Assembly: GCF_004010195.1 (NCBI RefSeq)
Contig: NC_057756.1
Coordinates: forward strand, 8,562,773-8,618,776
Length of the DNA stretch: 56,004 nucleotides
Origin: Chiloscyllium plagiosum
Lineage: Eukaryota
Reading direction: 5' to 3'
Part shown: one piece after another, positions 1 to 11,949 of the stretch
Numbering within the stretch: position 1 is the stretch's first letter
Layout: the number at the start of each line of letters is the position of its first letter
The notes under the pieces: generated by a model
What the model saw: the letters and a program-made list of their open reading frames with translations, nothing else
Databases searched by the model: none
Told to the model about the DNA's origin: nothing
Position numbers and translations under genes: made by a program

Positions 1-129
1 CTCACCCCACACTCCCTCACCAGTCTCACTCCCCGAGTCCCTCCACAGCCCTCAGTTATCACCCCACCCTCTTCCCCCATCATCCCCTCCCCACGCCCAT
101 CCTCCACTTCATCCTCACCCCTCCTTTAC

Positions 130-420
130 ACACATGGGCTGACGTCACTTCGGCGGTGCTGATTGGCGGAGACGCCTGTCCGTCGTGGCCCCGCCCTAGT
201 AACGGGGTCCCGCCCCCTAGTTACCGCTTGTTCCTCCAGCGGCGGCGGGAGCGCGCGGCGTTGCCATGGAGGTAGGATCAGGGTTGGGGTGAAATTCAGG
301 CCGTTACCATGGAGACGGGCCCGGATTGGCCTGGTGCCGCCGCCTAGAACGGGCCGAGCTCCCGTCTGTAGCTCATCCAGGATGGAAGATCAGACCATGT
401 CCTTTAGACAGGCTGGAGAG
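130..420 (+). promoter_or_regulatory. CpG-island promoter / first exon region of the IRG gene
   Basis: CpG-rich. Perfect CRE TGACGTCA 140-147; reverse CCAAT box CTGATTGGC 159-167; GC boxes near 189-196 and 209-216; RFX X-box-like GTTGCCATGGAG 260-271 and GTTACCATGGAGAC 303-316. Confidence 0.75.
266..271 (+). CDS. Putative coding part of IRG exon 1 (Met-Glu)
   Basis: Strong Kozak GCCATGG followed by donor GAG|GTAGGA. Phase 0 joins the acceptor TTTCCTGCAG|GAA ATG ATG at 4131 in frame, giving MEEMMMFFY... Confidence 0.6.
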
Positions 421-459
421 CTGGGATAATCCTTAATATTGTGTAAATAATCAACCAGT

Positions 460-2040
460 AGTCTCCAAGTAATATCTGCTTCATATCTGATAATCTCCAA
501 ATACCATTTACTTCATCTCTAATAATTTCCAATTAATATTTACTTCATATCTAATAATCTCCAAGTAATATCTGCTTCATCTCTAATAATCTCTAAATAA
601 TATTGACTTAATCTCTAATAATTTCCAATTAATATTTACTTCATCTCTGATAATCTTCAATTAACATGTGCTTCATATCTGATAAACTCCAAATACCATT
701 TACTTCATCTCTAATAATCTCCAATTAATATCTGCTTCATCTCTAATAATAACCAATTAACATGTGCTTCATATCTAATAATCTCTAAATAATATTTACT
801 TCATCTCTAATAATTTCCAATTAATATTTACTTCATCTCGAATTATCTCCAAATAATATCTGCTTCATCTCTAATAATCTCCAATTAACATGTGCTTCAT
901 ATCTAATAATCTCTAAATAATATTTACTTCATCTCTAATAATCTCCAACTAATATCTGTTTCATCTCTGATAATTCCAGTTAACATTTGCTTCATATCTA
1001 ATAATTTCCAAATAATATCTGCTTCATCTCTAATAATCTCCAAGTAATCTTAACTTCATATCAAATAAGCTCCAATTATTATCTACATCATATCTAATTA
1101 TCACCAATTAATATTTACCTCATCTCTAATAAACTCCAATAAATATCTGCTTCATCTCTAATTATCTCCAATTAAAATTTACTTTTTATCTAATATCTCC
1201 GAATAATATCTCCTTTATCTCTAATAATCTCCAATTAATATTTACTTCATATCTAATAATCTCATTAATATCTGCTTCATATCTAATAATCTTGAATTAA
1301 TATATATGTTCTATCTAATAATCTCCAAATAATATTTACTTCATCTCCAATAATTACCATTAATCTCCAAATAATATTTGCTTCATCTCCGATAATCTCC
1401 AATTAACATTTGTTTCATATCTAAAAATCTCCAATTAATATCTGCTTCACATCTGATAATCTCCAAATAATATTTACTTCATATCTAATAAAATCCACTT
1501 ATTATCTACATCATATCTAATTATCACCAATTAATATTTACCTCAACTTTAATAAACTCCAATAAATATCTGCTTCATATCTAATTATCTCCAATTCATA
1601 TTTATTTCATCTTTAATTATCTCCAATTAAAAGTTACTTTGTATCTAATATCTCCGAATAATATCTCCCTAATCTCTAATAATCTCCAAATAATATTTAC
1701 CTCATATCTAATAATCTCATTAATATCTGCTTCATATCTAATAGTCTCGAATTTATATATACGTTCTATCTAATAATCTCCAAATAATATTTACTTTATC
1801 TCCAATAATTACCATTAATATCTATTTTATATCTAATTATAATATGTCATACCTAAGAAACTCAAAATAATATTTATTTCATATCTAATTATATTCCATT
1901 AATACTTAATGTCTAATAATCTCATTAATATCGACTTCATATGTAATTTTCTCCAATTCATATTTATTTCATAGCTAATTATCTCCAATTAATATCTCCT
2001 TATTTAATTTTCCTCGAATAATATTTACTTTACATCTAAA
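460..2040. repeat. AT-rich minisatellite, ~32-bp unit (AATAATATTTACTTCATCTCTAATAATCTCCA-like), in IRG intron 1
   Basis: Dozens of degenerate tandem copies; + strand almost devoid of G. Confidence 0.9.
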
Positions 2041-2633
2041 ACAGACTAGAGCACCCTGAGAAACATTAATAATGTCTAAATAAACATGACTGTTTATTGA
2101 GCTTAATACCCTGGTCCCATCCTCCCCTGTGTCCCTTGATCCCTTTAACCACAACAGCTACATCTGCTGACAACTTGAAAACACATAATGTTTTTGCCTC
2201 AACCACTTTGTGTGATCGTGAATTCCAGAGGCCCGCCCCCACTCTCTGGGCTGAATAACTTACTCCTCATCTCAGTCGTAAAAGCTTAATCCCTTATCCT
2301 TAAACGATCACCCCTTGTCCCGTACTCCCCCATTATTCAAATGTAGGTAGCCTGTCGAGACCTGTGAGAATTTTATAGGTTTCAATGAGATTTTTCCCCC
2401 ACCACCATCACCACCATGCTTCTGAGTTCCAATGAATATAATCCTAACTAACTCAATCTCTTGTCACACTTCAGCTTTGCCATCCCAGGAATCAATTTCA
2501 TTAACCCCCATACACTTCCCTAAAGCAACGACATCATTCCTGAGCTCAGGAGACCAAAACTACACACAGTATGCTTGTATAATAGCAGTAAGATATCCTT
2601 GTTCCTTGCTGCTATACTCAACTAATTTTGCTT

Positions 2634-3252
2634 CACTCTATATCTAACCCAGTGCTGTCCCTGTCCTGGGAGTGTTTGATGGGGGACAGTATAGAGAGAG
2701 CTTTACTCTATATCTAACTCCATGCTGTCCCTGTCCTGGGAGTGTTTGATGGGGGACAGTATAGAGAGAGCTTTACTCTGTATCTAACTCCATGCTGTAC
2801 GTCTGTTGGGAGTATTTGATGGGTACATTGTAAAATAATCTTTACTTTGTGTTCCTTGGATGCTGCCTGACTGGCTGTGCTTTTCCAGCACCACACTTTT
2901 GGAATCTGTATCTAACCCTGTGCTGTCCCTGCCCTGGGGATGTATTTTGGGGGACAGTGTAGAGGGAGCTTTACTCTGTATCTAACCCCGTGCTGTCCCT
3001 GTCCTGGGAGTGTTTGATGGGGACAGTGTAGAGGGAGCTTTACTCTGTATCCAACCCCGTGCTGTCCCTGTCCTGGGAGTGTTTGATGGGGGACAGTGTG
3101 TAGGGAGTTTAACTCTGTATCTATCCCTGTGCTGTCCCTGTCCTGGGAGTGTTTGATGGGGGACGGTGTAGAGGGAGCTTTACTCTGTATCTAACCCCGT
3201 GCTGTCCCTGTCCTGGGAGTGTTTGATGGGGGACAGTGTAGAGGGAGCTTTC
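2634..3252. repeat. Tandem repeat, ~70-bp unit (CTTTACTCTGTATCTAACCCCGTGCTGTCCCTGTCCTGGGAGTGTTTGATGGGGGACAGTGTAGAGGGAG)
   Basis: About 8 copies, interrupted near 2845-2900 by a short Penelope-associated fragment. Confidence 0.9.
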
Positions 3253-3469
3253 AGCTGGGGGAGTTGAATAATACTTGAAGGGGATTCTTTTGAGGTTCTG
3301 CTCGGGGAAGGAATGATGGGGGGGAATGGAGAAAGGTACTAAGTGGGTCGAAGAGCTAGCAAAAGTACAAAGGGCTGAATGGCCTTCTTTCTGCTGGTGG
3401 ATTTGTTAACTACGCAGGCAGCTGTGTCCAATAATAGGTCCCCAGCCGCATCGCACTGAACTCTTTTTA

Positions 3470-3815
3470 CATTCATTCATCCTTGGGCTGTGCCAGTCAG
3501 ACCATCATTTGTAGCCCATCTCCAAGTGCCCTTGAACTGAATGCCTTGCTAGGACTGTTTCAAAGGGGAATTAAGAGTCAACCCCATTGCTGTGGGCCTA
3601 GAGTTCTATTGTAGGCCAGACCGGGCAAGGACGGCAGATTTATTTTCCCAAAGGGCATTGGTGTACCAGATGGGTTTTAAAGATAATCGAGGGGAGTTTT
3701 GTGGTGACAGTCACTGAGACCACCTTTCTATTCAGGGTTTTGTGAATGGAATTTAAATTCTCCCATTGGCCACGGTGGGATTTGAACTCATGTCCTCACA
3801 GCATTTAGCACAGGG
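3470..3815 (-). mobile_element. Deu-domain (SacSINE1-like) SINE, degenerate
   Basis: Reverse complement resembles the tRNA-head / ...CTGCCGTCCTTGCCCGGTCTGGCCTAC...GAATGAAT SINE at 5285-5935. Confidence 0.55.
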
Positions 3816-4130
3816 CCCTGTGCTTCCAAGTTATGATGACTTGATCTGAGCCAGGAGGTTGTGACAGCACTTTTGCCCTGCAGGCAGTGATATGGGCTAC
3901 TGATCAGCTATAATCTCACTGAATGGAGGAACAGGCTGGAGGGGCTGAGTGGCCTATTTCTGTCCCCAAGCTGTTGATGGAAGCCGGTTTTATACTGTGG
4001 CCAGGCTACTCCAAAAACACTGAGGGGGGGTGGGTGCAGAGGTTTGGAAGGTGGCGGAGACGCACATGTCCGTGTCCTTCCTGAATTTGCTCGCCGGCTC
4101 TGAACACTTCTCTGTGATTATTTCCTGCAG

Positions 4131-4817
4131 GAAATGATGATGTTCTTCTACGAAATCTTCATCTCACTGAGAAACTCCTTCTCCTACTACTTCAGGTCGG
4201 CGCAGGTGGAGCCCGCCCAGTGCCTGAGGAAGGTGAGCTTGAAAAAGAGCCTGATGTCCACCAGGAAGCAGTACATCAACGTGGCTGTGACGGGGCCGGT
4301 GAATTCTGGGAAGTCTACCCTGGTGGACGCCATGAGGGCCTACGGCGAGGAAGGGGAGGAGGCCGAGCCCAGAGCGGCTGGGGCCAGCTGCAAGGGCTTG
4401 CCCCGATCCTATGTCTACCCGAGCAACCCCCGGATCCTCCTGTGGGACCTGCCAGGCATCGAGGCCAGCGAGGTCAGGCAGCACGCCTACGTGGAGAAGG
4501 TGGACCTGCGCTCCTATGACTACTACATCCTGACCTCCAGCAGCCGGATGGACGAGGAGGTCCTCTACCTGGCCAACGAGATCTCCCGGATGGGCAAGAG
4601 CTTCCTGTTTGCCCGCACCAAGATTGACGTCTACGTCAGCGACACCAAGCAGCAGAACTTCAACCAGGGTGACCTGCTGCGGGAAATCCGTAAGCACTTC
4701 TCCAAGACCCTGAAGGCCATCGGCGTCCACTTCCCGCACGTCTTCCTCCTCTCGGCGCTGGAGCCAGACAGGTTTGACTTCCAGGACTTCATTGAGACCT
4801 TCAACAGTCAGTTCTGA
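4131..4817 (+). CDS. Immunity-related GTPase (IRG/p47, IRGC/irgq-like), G-domain-only, main coding exon
   Basis: INVAVTGPVNSGKSTLVDAMR (G1, GKS type), YxYPSNPRILLWDLPGI (G3), YDYYILTSSSR, FLFARTKID (G4), VFLLSA..DF, all IRG-typical. Strong GC3 bias. Acceptor at 4130. Confidence 0.9.
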   Translation, partial: EMMMFFYEIFISLRNSFSYYFRSAQVEPAQCLRKVSLKKSLMSTRKQYINVAVTGPVNSGKSTLVDAMRAYGEEGEEAEPRAAGASCKGLPRSYVYPSNPRILLWDLPGIEASEVRQHAYVEKVDLRSYDYYILTSSSRMDEEVLYLANEISRMGKSFLFARTKIDVYVSDTKQQNFNQGDLLREIRKHFSKTLKAIGVHFPHVFLLSALEPDRFDFQDFIETFNSQF

Positions 4818-5284
4818 TCACCGGCGGGATGGACCCGATGCCGCGGAGCCGGCCCTCCCGACTTACCTGAGAGCCGAGAGTGAGTGGCCCGCGAGAGACC
4901 ACAAACACTTGCCATCGGAGGTATTTCCACCCCCCCCCCCCACTCCACCACCCGACAGGTGGCACAGGAGATGGAGGCCTCCCTTCCCTCCTCCCCCCCC
5001 CCCTCCGTCCACACCCCCAACAGAGGTGATGGATCAATCAGTTCGGTGCCGCTCGGCTGGGGGTAGGCGTGGAGTGTACACTCTACAAGGAACACTGAGC
5101 CTGGGACTCTGGGCTGACTCTCGGTGTCAGTGCAGAGAGAGACTGCCACACCGCGATCAATGCTGTCTTTCACTTGAGGCTTTACACCCCAGAGTTTCAA
5201 AGATCTCACAGCCTGAGAGAGGAAGAGTGAAGGGAGTTCTCCCCCCGCTGTCCTGAGTCGATGTTTATTTTAGGGAGGGTGAGA

Positions 5285-5935
5285 TGGCCGAATGGCATTA
5301 TCGCCACACAATTAATCCAGAAACCCAGCTAATGTTCTAGGGGCCCAGGTTCAAATCCTACCACAGGCAGGTGGTGGAATTTGAATTTGATAAAAAAGAA
5401 GCTGGAATTAAGGGTCGAATGATGACTATGAAACCATTGTTGAAAAAACCCACTCAGTTCAGGGAAGAAACTGCCATCCTGACCTTGTCCAAGGCCAAAA
5501 GAAACTGCAGATGCTGGAATCCAAGGTAGACCAAGCTCCTGCTTTTCATCCTTACTTGGGTCTGGCCTACATGTGACTCCAGACTCGCAGCAAGTCCACA
5601 CTGACCCTCCAAAGAGTAGCCCACCCTCACCCATTCCCCTACCCTAAAACTATGGGCAATTTAGCATGACCAATCCACTTAACCTGCACATCTTTGGGAG
5701 GAAACCGGAGCACCCGGAGGAAACCCACACAGGCATGTGGAGAATGTGCAAACTCCACACAGACAGTTGCCAGAGGCTGGAATCGAACCTGGGTCCCTGG
5801 CACTGTGAGTTAGCTGTGCTCACCACTGAGCCACCGTGATGGGGCTGACTCTTAATTATCCTCTGGGCAACTAAGGACAGGCAATAAATGCTGGACCAGC
5901 AAGCGGTGTCCTCATCCCGTGAATGAATTAAACAA
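5285..5935 (+). mobile_element. Deu-domain (SacSINE1-like) SINE, interrupted by an HE1 SINE
   Basis: B-box GGTTCAAATCC; core CTGCCATCCT...TCTGGCCTACATGTGACTCCAGAC; tail GGCAATAAATGCTGG...GAATGAAT. Confidence 0.6.
5590..5838 (-). mobile_element. HE1-type (V-SINE) tRNA-derived SINE
   Basis: Reverse complement reads CACGGTGGCTCAGTGGT..GGTTCGATTCC..GGAGTTTGCACATTCTCC..GGTTTCCTCCGGGTGCTCCGG..CATGCTAAATTGCCC. Confidence 0.8.
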
Positions 5936-6093
5936 AAATCATCCCTGACCTGTGTCATGGCCACATCAGTGTTTGTGAGAGTTTGCAAATTGACTGCCTT
6001 TTTTTTGTAACATTGCATTTAAAACTAAGTCCTGCATTCTCTGTGATGTGGTTTGGTGAGAGAAATATCCAATCTTTCTCCTTTTGTTCACAG

Positions 6094-6272
6094 GTACATT
6101 CCCTCATGCCTCCTCCTCCTCTTTCGGCAGGTCAGACAAGACACAGTGGTTAGTGAGCAAAAGCAGAAGAGAATTCCAAATGACTGGACTCCCTCCCCAC
6201 TACCTTGGGGCTGCTCCGCCTTGCTGTATATACCCTTTACAAACCTGGTTCCCCCCCTCCAAATAAAATAAA
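6094..6272 (+). other. Candidate terminal exon / polyadenylation site of the IRG transcript
   Basis: Polypyrimidine acceptor CTTTCTCCTTTTGTTCACAG ending 6093; tandem AATAAA at 6262-6272. Confidence 0.35.
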
Positions 6273-6679
6273 AATCCTTGTCTCTTTATCACCTGCCTGC
6301 CAAGTTTCCTACATTACGACAGTGACTACACTTCGAGGAAGGCATTTCATTGGCTCAGCAGTACTTGGAGACATCTGGAGGAGGCGAAAGACGCTAAAGA
6401 AAAGTATGTTCTACCTGGAACGTGCGCAGAATGGCTAATTTGTCACAGCAGAGAGCTTAAGGTAGGGCGGAAATCACTGAAATGCTACATAAAGGTCAAA
6501 TCCTGGCTATATTACAAGATCCCAATATATTGCAGTTCCCAGGTATGTAATGAATCTCACCATATTACAAATCCAAAGTATTGCGAATCTGGATATACTA
6601 CAAACCCAGGCAAGCAACAATTATCGGGTATCTTGCAAAGGTATTTCCATTGTTGGGTACACGCATACAAACATGACTT

Positions 6680-8290
6680 GGGAGCCAAAGTACATTGGCC
6701 CTTCAAACCTGCCCCCCTGTCCAATCAGGTCATGTTCAATCTGTTGATGTTTTGAGTTCTACAGTCTCATCCATCCCCAATAACCTTGGATTCCTCCGCC
6801 CAATAAGAATATATCGACCACCGTATTCAAAATATTCAGCGGCCCCCATCTCCACTGCCTCCTGAGGCAGAGACTCCCAAAGTCACACAAACTCCTGAGA
6901 GGAAACAAAACCTCCCCATCTCTGTCCCAAAAGAGCAAACCCTAATTTGAACAGGGAGCACCCCCCCCCCCCCACTCACAACAGGAAACATCCTTTCCCC
7001 ATCCACTTTGATAAAGGGCTAAGGATCATATACACTTCAATCAGGTCACCCCTCACCCTTCTAAACTCCAGTGAAAATAGGCCCAACCTTCCATCATAGG
7101 TCAACTCATCCACTCCAATTTTGTGAACCTCCTCCAAGCTTTGTCCAATGTATTTACATCCTTCCTTAAACACAGAGACCTGAACTGCACCCAGTTTGGG
7201 AGGTGTGGTCTCACCAATACCCTCTGGAACTGAACAACAACATTCTTAATTTTATTAAAAAATGCAGATGCTGGAAATCAGAAACAAAAACAGAAATTGC
7301 TGAAAAAACTCATCAGGTCTGGCAACATTTGTGGAGAGAAATCAGAGTTACCTTTTTGGGTCTGGTGACACTTCTCCAGATCAGACCTGCTGAGGTTTTC
7401 CAGCAATGATTGATAGTTTTATGTTCATTTCCTCACGTAATAAAGGATAGCATTTCATTAGCTTTCTCAATCACTTGCTGGCCAGTCTGCTAACCTTTTG
7501 TGAGTCATGCACTGGAACACCTAGATCCCTCTGCCCCTTGGAATACTGTAGTTGTTCTCCAGTTAAATAATGCACTTGTTTTTATTCTTCCTGCTTTGTG
7601 AGAAGCTTCACTTTTTTCCCACATTATACTCCACTTGACAGACTTTTTCCCATTTACCCAACCTACCTATATCCACCTGGTGTATTTGTCACAAAATATA
7701 TTCCTACTTACTTTTGTGTCTTCTGAAAATTTAGCCTGTATGACTTCACTCTAATCATGTAGATAATTGAAATAAGCTGAGGCACCAGTACAAACCCTCA
7801 TCACATCCTGCCAATCTCTGTTTTCTAACGGCCAGCCAATCTTCTATCCTGTTACTGTGTTATCCCCTAGACCATGAGCTCCTGATTTGTACATTAGCTT
7901 GTTTTATGAGGGACCTTATCCAATCCCTTCTGGAAATCCAAGTACAGTATGTCTAGAACCTAATTTCCTCCAAGGAACTCCAATAAATTGAACGATCGTG
8001 ATTTCCACTTCATAGGATCATGCTGAATCTTCCTGAGTATCTCAAGCTTTTCCATGTATCCAGCTGTAACCTTCTCAATGATAGTCACCAACTCATTCCC
8101 CAGGACAGACATCAAGCTGCCCTTGGTTTGCTGTTTCCTGCCTCCCTCCCTTTTTAAAATGGATGGGTTATGTTTGCCCTGCAGCCTGAGAGAACCTTTC
8201 CAGAGTCCAGTCAATTCAGAATATTGACCCGAAAGCTTACCCAACACCTCAACAACATGTTGCCACCTTTTATAAGAACCTGGGTGAAGT
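6680..8290 (-). mobile_element. Old CR1 LINE fragments
   Basis: Translation LGLFSLEFRRVRGDLIEVY (CR1 ORF2 C-terminus) plus degenerate RT upstream. Confidence 0.65.
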
Positions 8291-8427
8291 CCACAGCTCT
8301 ATCAGCTCTCTGAATGATTGTACTTTCATCAAGTTTCTCCGTCCTAATTTAAAGCTAATATGAGATGTTGCTTGTATCCACTGGGCTGAATATTTGTCCA
8401 CTTCGTCGAAACATCAACTTCTCCACC

Positions 8428-8622
8428 TCCTGATGCTGCCTGGCTTGCTGTGTTCCTCCCAGCCTCCTGCCTGTCCCTCCTGATGGCTGCTTGCTTTGCG
8501 TGTTCCTCCCAGCCTCCTGCCTGTCCCTCCTGATGCTGCCTGCCTTGCTGTGTTCCCCCAGTCTCCTGCCTGTCCCTCCTGATGCTGCCTGGCTTGCTGT
8601 GTTCTCCCAGCCTCCTGCCTGT
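8428..8622. repeat. Tandem repeat, ~50-bp unit (CCTGATGCTGCCTGGCTTGCTGTGTTCCTCCCAGCCTCCTGCCTGTCCCT)
   Basis: Four copies. Confidence 0.85.
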
Positions 8623-8994
8623 CAATTTTGGATTCCAGTATCTGCTGCTTATTTTGTTTCTAATCATGTCCTCATTGTCTACCAACAACTCTGTCCATTC
8701 TCACTCTCTCTATCTCCAGCTGCCATTCTCCAGCTACATTCCTCACCTTGCTATTTTCCGCTCTTACCTTCACTCCACCCATTGATTCACTGCTTGATCC
8801 TCCCTCCCCCATTCTTTCATTTAAAGCCTTCTCAGTGCACCGAGGTCCCAAGCACGGTTCAGGTGCAGACCGTTCTAATAGTACAGCCCCCACTTTTCCC
8901 AGTCCTAGTAGCTGTAGCCCATGAACTGGACCCCCCCCCCCCCCCACCCCCCCACACACACACACACGCACACACACACCAGTTGGGATCCTGG

Positions 8995-10370
8995 GGAGCG
9001 TTGCTGAACAAAGAGATCTTGGAGTGCAGGTTAAAGTTCCTTGAAAGTGGACTCGCAGGTAGATAGGATGGTGGAGAAGGTGTTTGGCATGTTTGCCTTT
9101 AATGGTCAGTGCATTGAGTTGGGAGGTCATGTTGTGTCTGTTAGGCCACTTTGAGAATAGTGGGTTCACTACTGCGCCCCCCCCCGCCCACTATAGGAAA
9201 GATGCTGTTAAGCTTGAAAGGGTTCAGAAAAGATTTACAAAGATGTTCCAGTGAAACTCAGTTCAATATTACTTTCTACTTGAGGACCCTGCAATGCTCT
9301 GCATTCAATATCAAGTTCAATAATTTTAGGAATTGAAATCTCCCATGTCCTAGCCCCAAACCCCACACACCCAGGCCTGTTACCAAACAGTCTGCCATTA
9401 CGCACTACCTATTGTTAGCCACGAACAGTCTCCATCAACAGCTATTCACTCTCCTATTCCACTCCTTTGTCTATCCAACTGTTCTTCTCTCGCTTTCAGC
9501 CCTATCCCCGCCTATCGTTTACCCCTTACCTCCTCCCAAGCTTCTACATAGAACCTGACATTGTCCTAGCTACCATTCGTTCTGAGGAAGCGTACCACAA
9601 AGTTAATTCTGTTTTCTGTACACAGATGCTAACAGACCTGCTGAGCTTTCCCAGCAACTTCTATTTTTGTTTACAATGATGCTACCTGGACTGGAAACGT
9701 AAGAAGAGGCTAGATAGGCTGGGACTTCTTTTCCTGAAACTTGGGAGATTGAGGGTGACCTTATAGAGTTTTATAAAATCATGAGGGGCATGGATAGGGT
9801 AACTAGACAAAGTCTTTTCCCTGGGGTGGGGAAGTCCAGAATGAGAGGGCATAGATTGGATTAGGTTCCCCCCCAGTGTGGTAACAGGCCCTTCGACCCA
9901 ACAAGTCCACACTGAACCTCCGAAGGGTAATTCACCCAGACCCACTCCACTCCCCTATATTTACCCCTGACTAACATGCCTAACACTACGGGCAATTTAG
10001 CATGGCCAAATCACCTGACCTGCACATCTTTGTGACTGTGGGAGGAAACCAGAGCAGCCGGAGGAAAGCACGCAGACACGGGGAGAACGTACAAACTCCA
10101 CACACACAGTCACCCAAGGCTGGAATTGAATCCAGGTCCCTGGCGCTGGGAGGCAGCAGTGCTAACCACTGAGCCACTGTGCTACCCACTGGTTTAGGGT
10201 GAGAGGGGAAAGATTCAAAAGGGTGCTCAGGGAAAACCTTTTCACCCAGAGGGTGGTACGTGTGTGGAATGAGCTGCCAGAGGATGTGGTGGAGGCTGGT
10301 ACAATTACAACATTGAAAAGGCATCTGGATGGGTGTAGAAGGGTTGAGAGGGATATGGGCCAGAATGGAT
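8995..10370 (+). mobile_element. CR1 3' end broken by nested insertions
   Basis: CR1 segments at 8995-9250, 9680-9855 and 10193-10370 (RGERFKRVLRENLFTQRVVRVWNELPE). Confidence 0.7.
9855..10185 (-). mobile_element. HE1-type SINE
   Basis: Full head-to-tail match to the other copies on the reverse strand. Confidence 0.8.
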
Positions 10371-10420
10371 GCAGAACATTCTTGGCCAAGCAGTCCAATT
10401 TGAGATCCAAGGTTGATTTA

Positions 10421-10582
10421 ATTAAAAATCGCACAACACCAGGTTATAGTCCAACACGTTTAACTGGAAGCACTAGCTTTGGGAGCGCTGCTCCTTCATC
10501 AGATGGTTGTCAGCAGCGCTCCGAAAGCTAGTGCTTCCAATTAAATCTGTTGGACTATAACCTGGTGTTGTGTGATTTTTAA
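10421..10582. mobile_element. Penelope-like pLTR remnant in inverted-repeat arrangement with hammerhead-like core
   Basis: ~70-bp inverted arms. The - strand reads CTGATGA-AGGAGC-AGC-GCTCC-CAAA-GCTA; the + arm retains GCTCC-GAAA-GCTA. Confidence 0.6.
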
Positions 10583-11340
10583 CTTTGTACACCCCAGTCC
10601 AACACCGGCATCTCCAAATCATGACTAGGTTGATTTAAATCTTTTTGTCCTGTTGCCTGGTGAGGTGGCTTTTAATATTCTGTGGACAGATATTTACCTG
10701 CAACACCGGGGTGTCTAATAGATGGTTCTTTGTCAATGAGCTTCACAGCTCACTAGCCACTTGAACCCATGCTAGTACACATGAGTACTTGAGCACACTG
10801 GTGCACACAAACACCTCAGCTCACTAGTGCGCACAGACCAGGATTGAAGCGAGTTTTAATCCTGTTCTCTGTATTCTTGGAAAGGGAAAACACAAAACAT
10901 GCCTCTCACCCAGACTGCATTGTCTTTCTCCCATTATGTTCACAGTTTGAGATAATCCCTTGGAGTTTATAATTCAGTTTGTAGCACATCTCTCCAGTCT
11001 CCAGGTTCATCGCTTTGAAGGTTCTTTGGCACCTCATCAAGTGTGACATTCTAGGCTCTCTCTCTCTCTCTCTCGGCAGTCACTGTTTTTTTATACCTGT
11101 AGTCATTTTATTTGGCCATAGAAGTCCTCCTTTAAAAGAAAACGTTAAGAGGTTGATATGTCCCTCGCTGATCCAATGTTACAATATACAGTCAAGACAT
11201 CAGAACAGTGACAATACCGCCTCACCATTCTATCCCCGACTGCGTCTCTATTCTATATGGTCTTTTTGAATGGTTCCTCTGTCATGGTGACATGGTTAGT
11301 TCTCCCCACCCTGTAGCCATCACTCTCATCCAAATAAGCT

Positions 11341-11949
11341 TATTATGGACTAGGTCAGACCCTTCAGAACATGCTTAAGCAGGCAGCCCAGACCATAACT
11401 TTGCAATTTATTTCGGTACGCGCACAGTGAATGTAAGTTAGCGACGTTGACTACCAGGTTTTAAAACAGACAAAAATTTATTCACAAAATTACACAATGA
11501 AACACAAAGAACAGAATAAAGAACCCCTACAGAACTCAGTCTATCCAAACTAGACTTAAGTATGCTGTTCTGAATACACACAACAGACCCAATAAGCAAA
11601 CCCACTTAAAGACCAGTAACAAAAAAAGGGACAGGTGCTTACAGGTTGAAGTTAGCAGGGCAGAAAGAGAGAGAGTTTGTTTCCACACAGTTCTCTGTTG
11701 AACTCCCAACTAGTTCTGGACTGAACTGCTCAGCTATTGTACAGGCCACTTCTAAAACATGACCACTTTGGCCTGAAGTCTCAGCTGGTTACATACAAAC
11801 AAAAATGCATCTCAATACCCTTGAACCTCTGTACCAAACCAGTCTAATCGGCACTGGGAGCGGTTTATGACCTCTCTGAAATAAACCAACGACACAATAT
11901 CCTTGAGAAAAGGAACAGCTTTTAGAGAAAAGAAACCAGCTTTGTGACA
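11341..11949. mobile_element. Solo LTR
   Basis: TATTA(TG-like)...TGACA termini flanked by a 4-bp direct repeat AGCT (11337-11340 and 11950-11953). Confidence 0.6.

Noticed and set aside
163-429. 88-aa ORF in the CpG island
   Set aside because: Non-ATG start and GC-rich low stop density; better explained as promoter plus first exon and intron.
4164-4739. 191-aa antisense ORF
   Set aside because: Shadow of the high-GC3 IRG coding strand.
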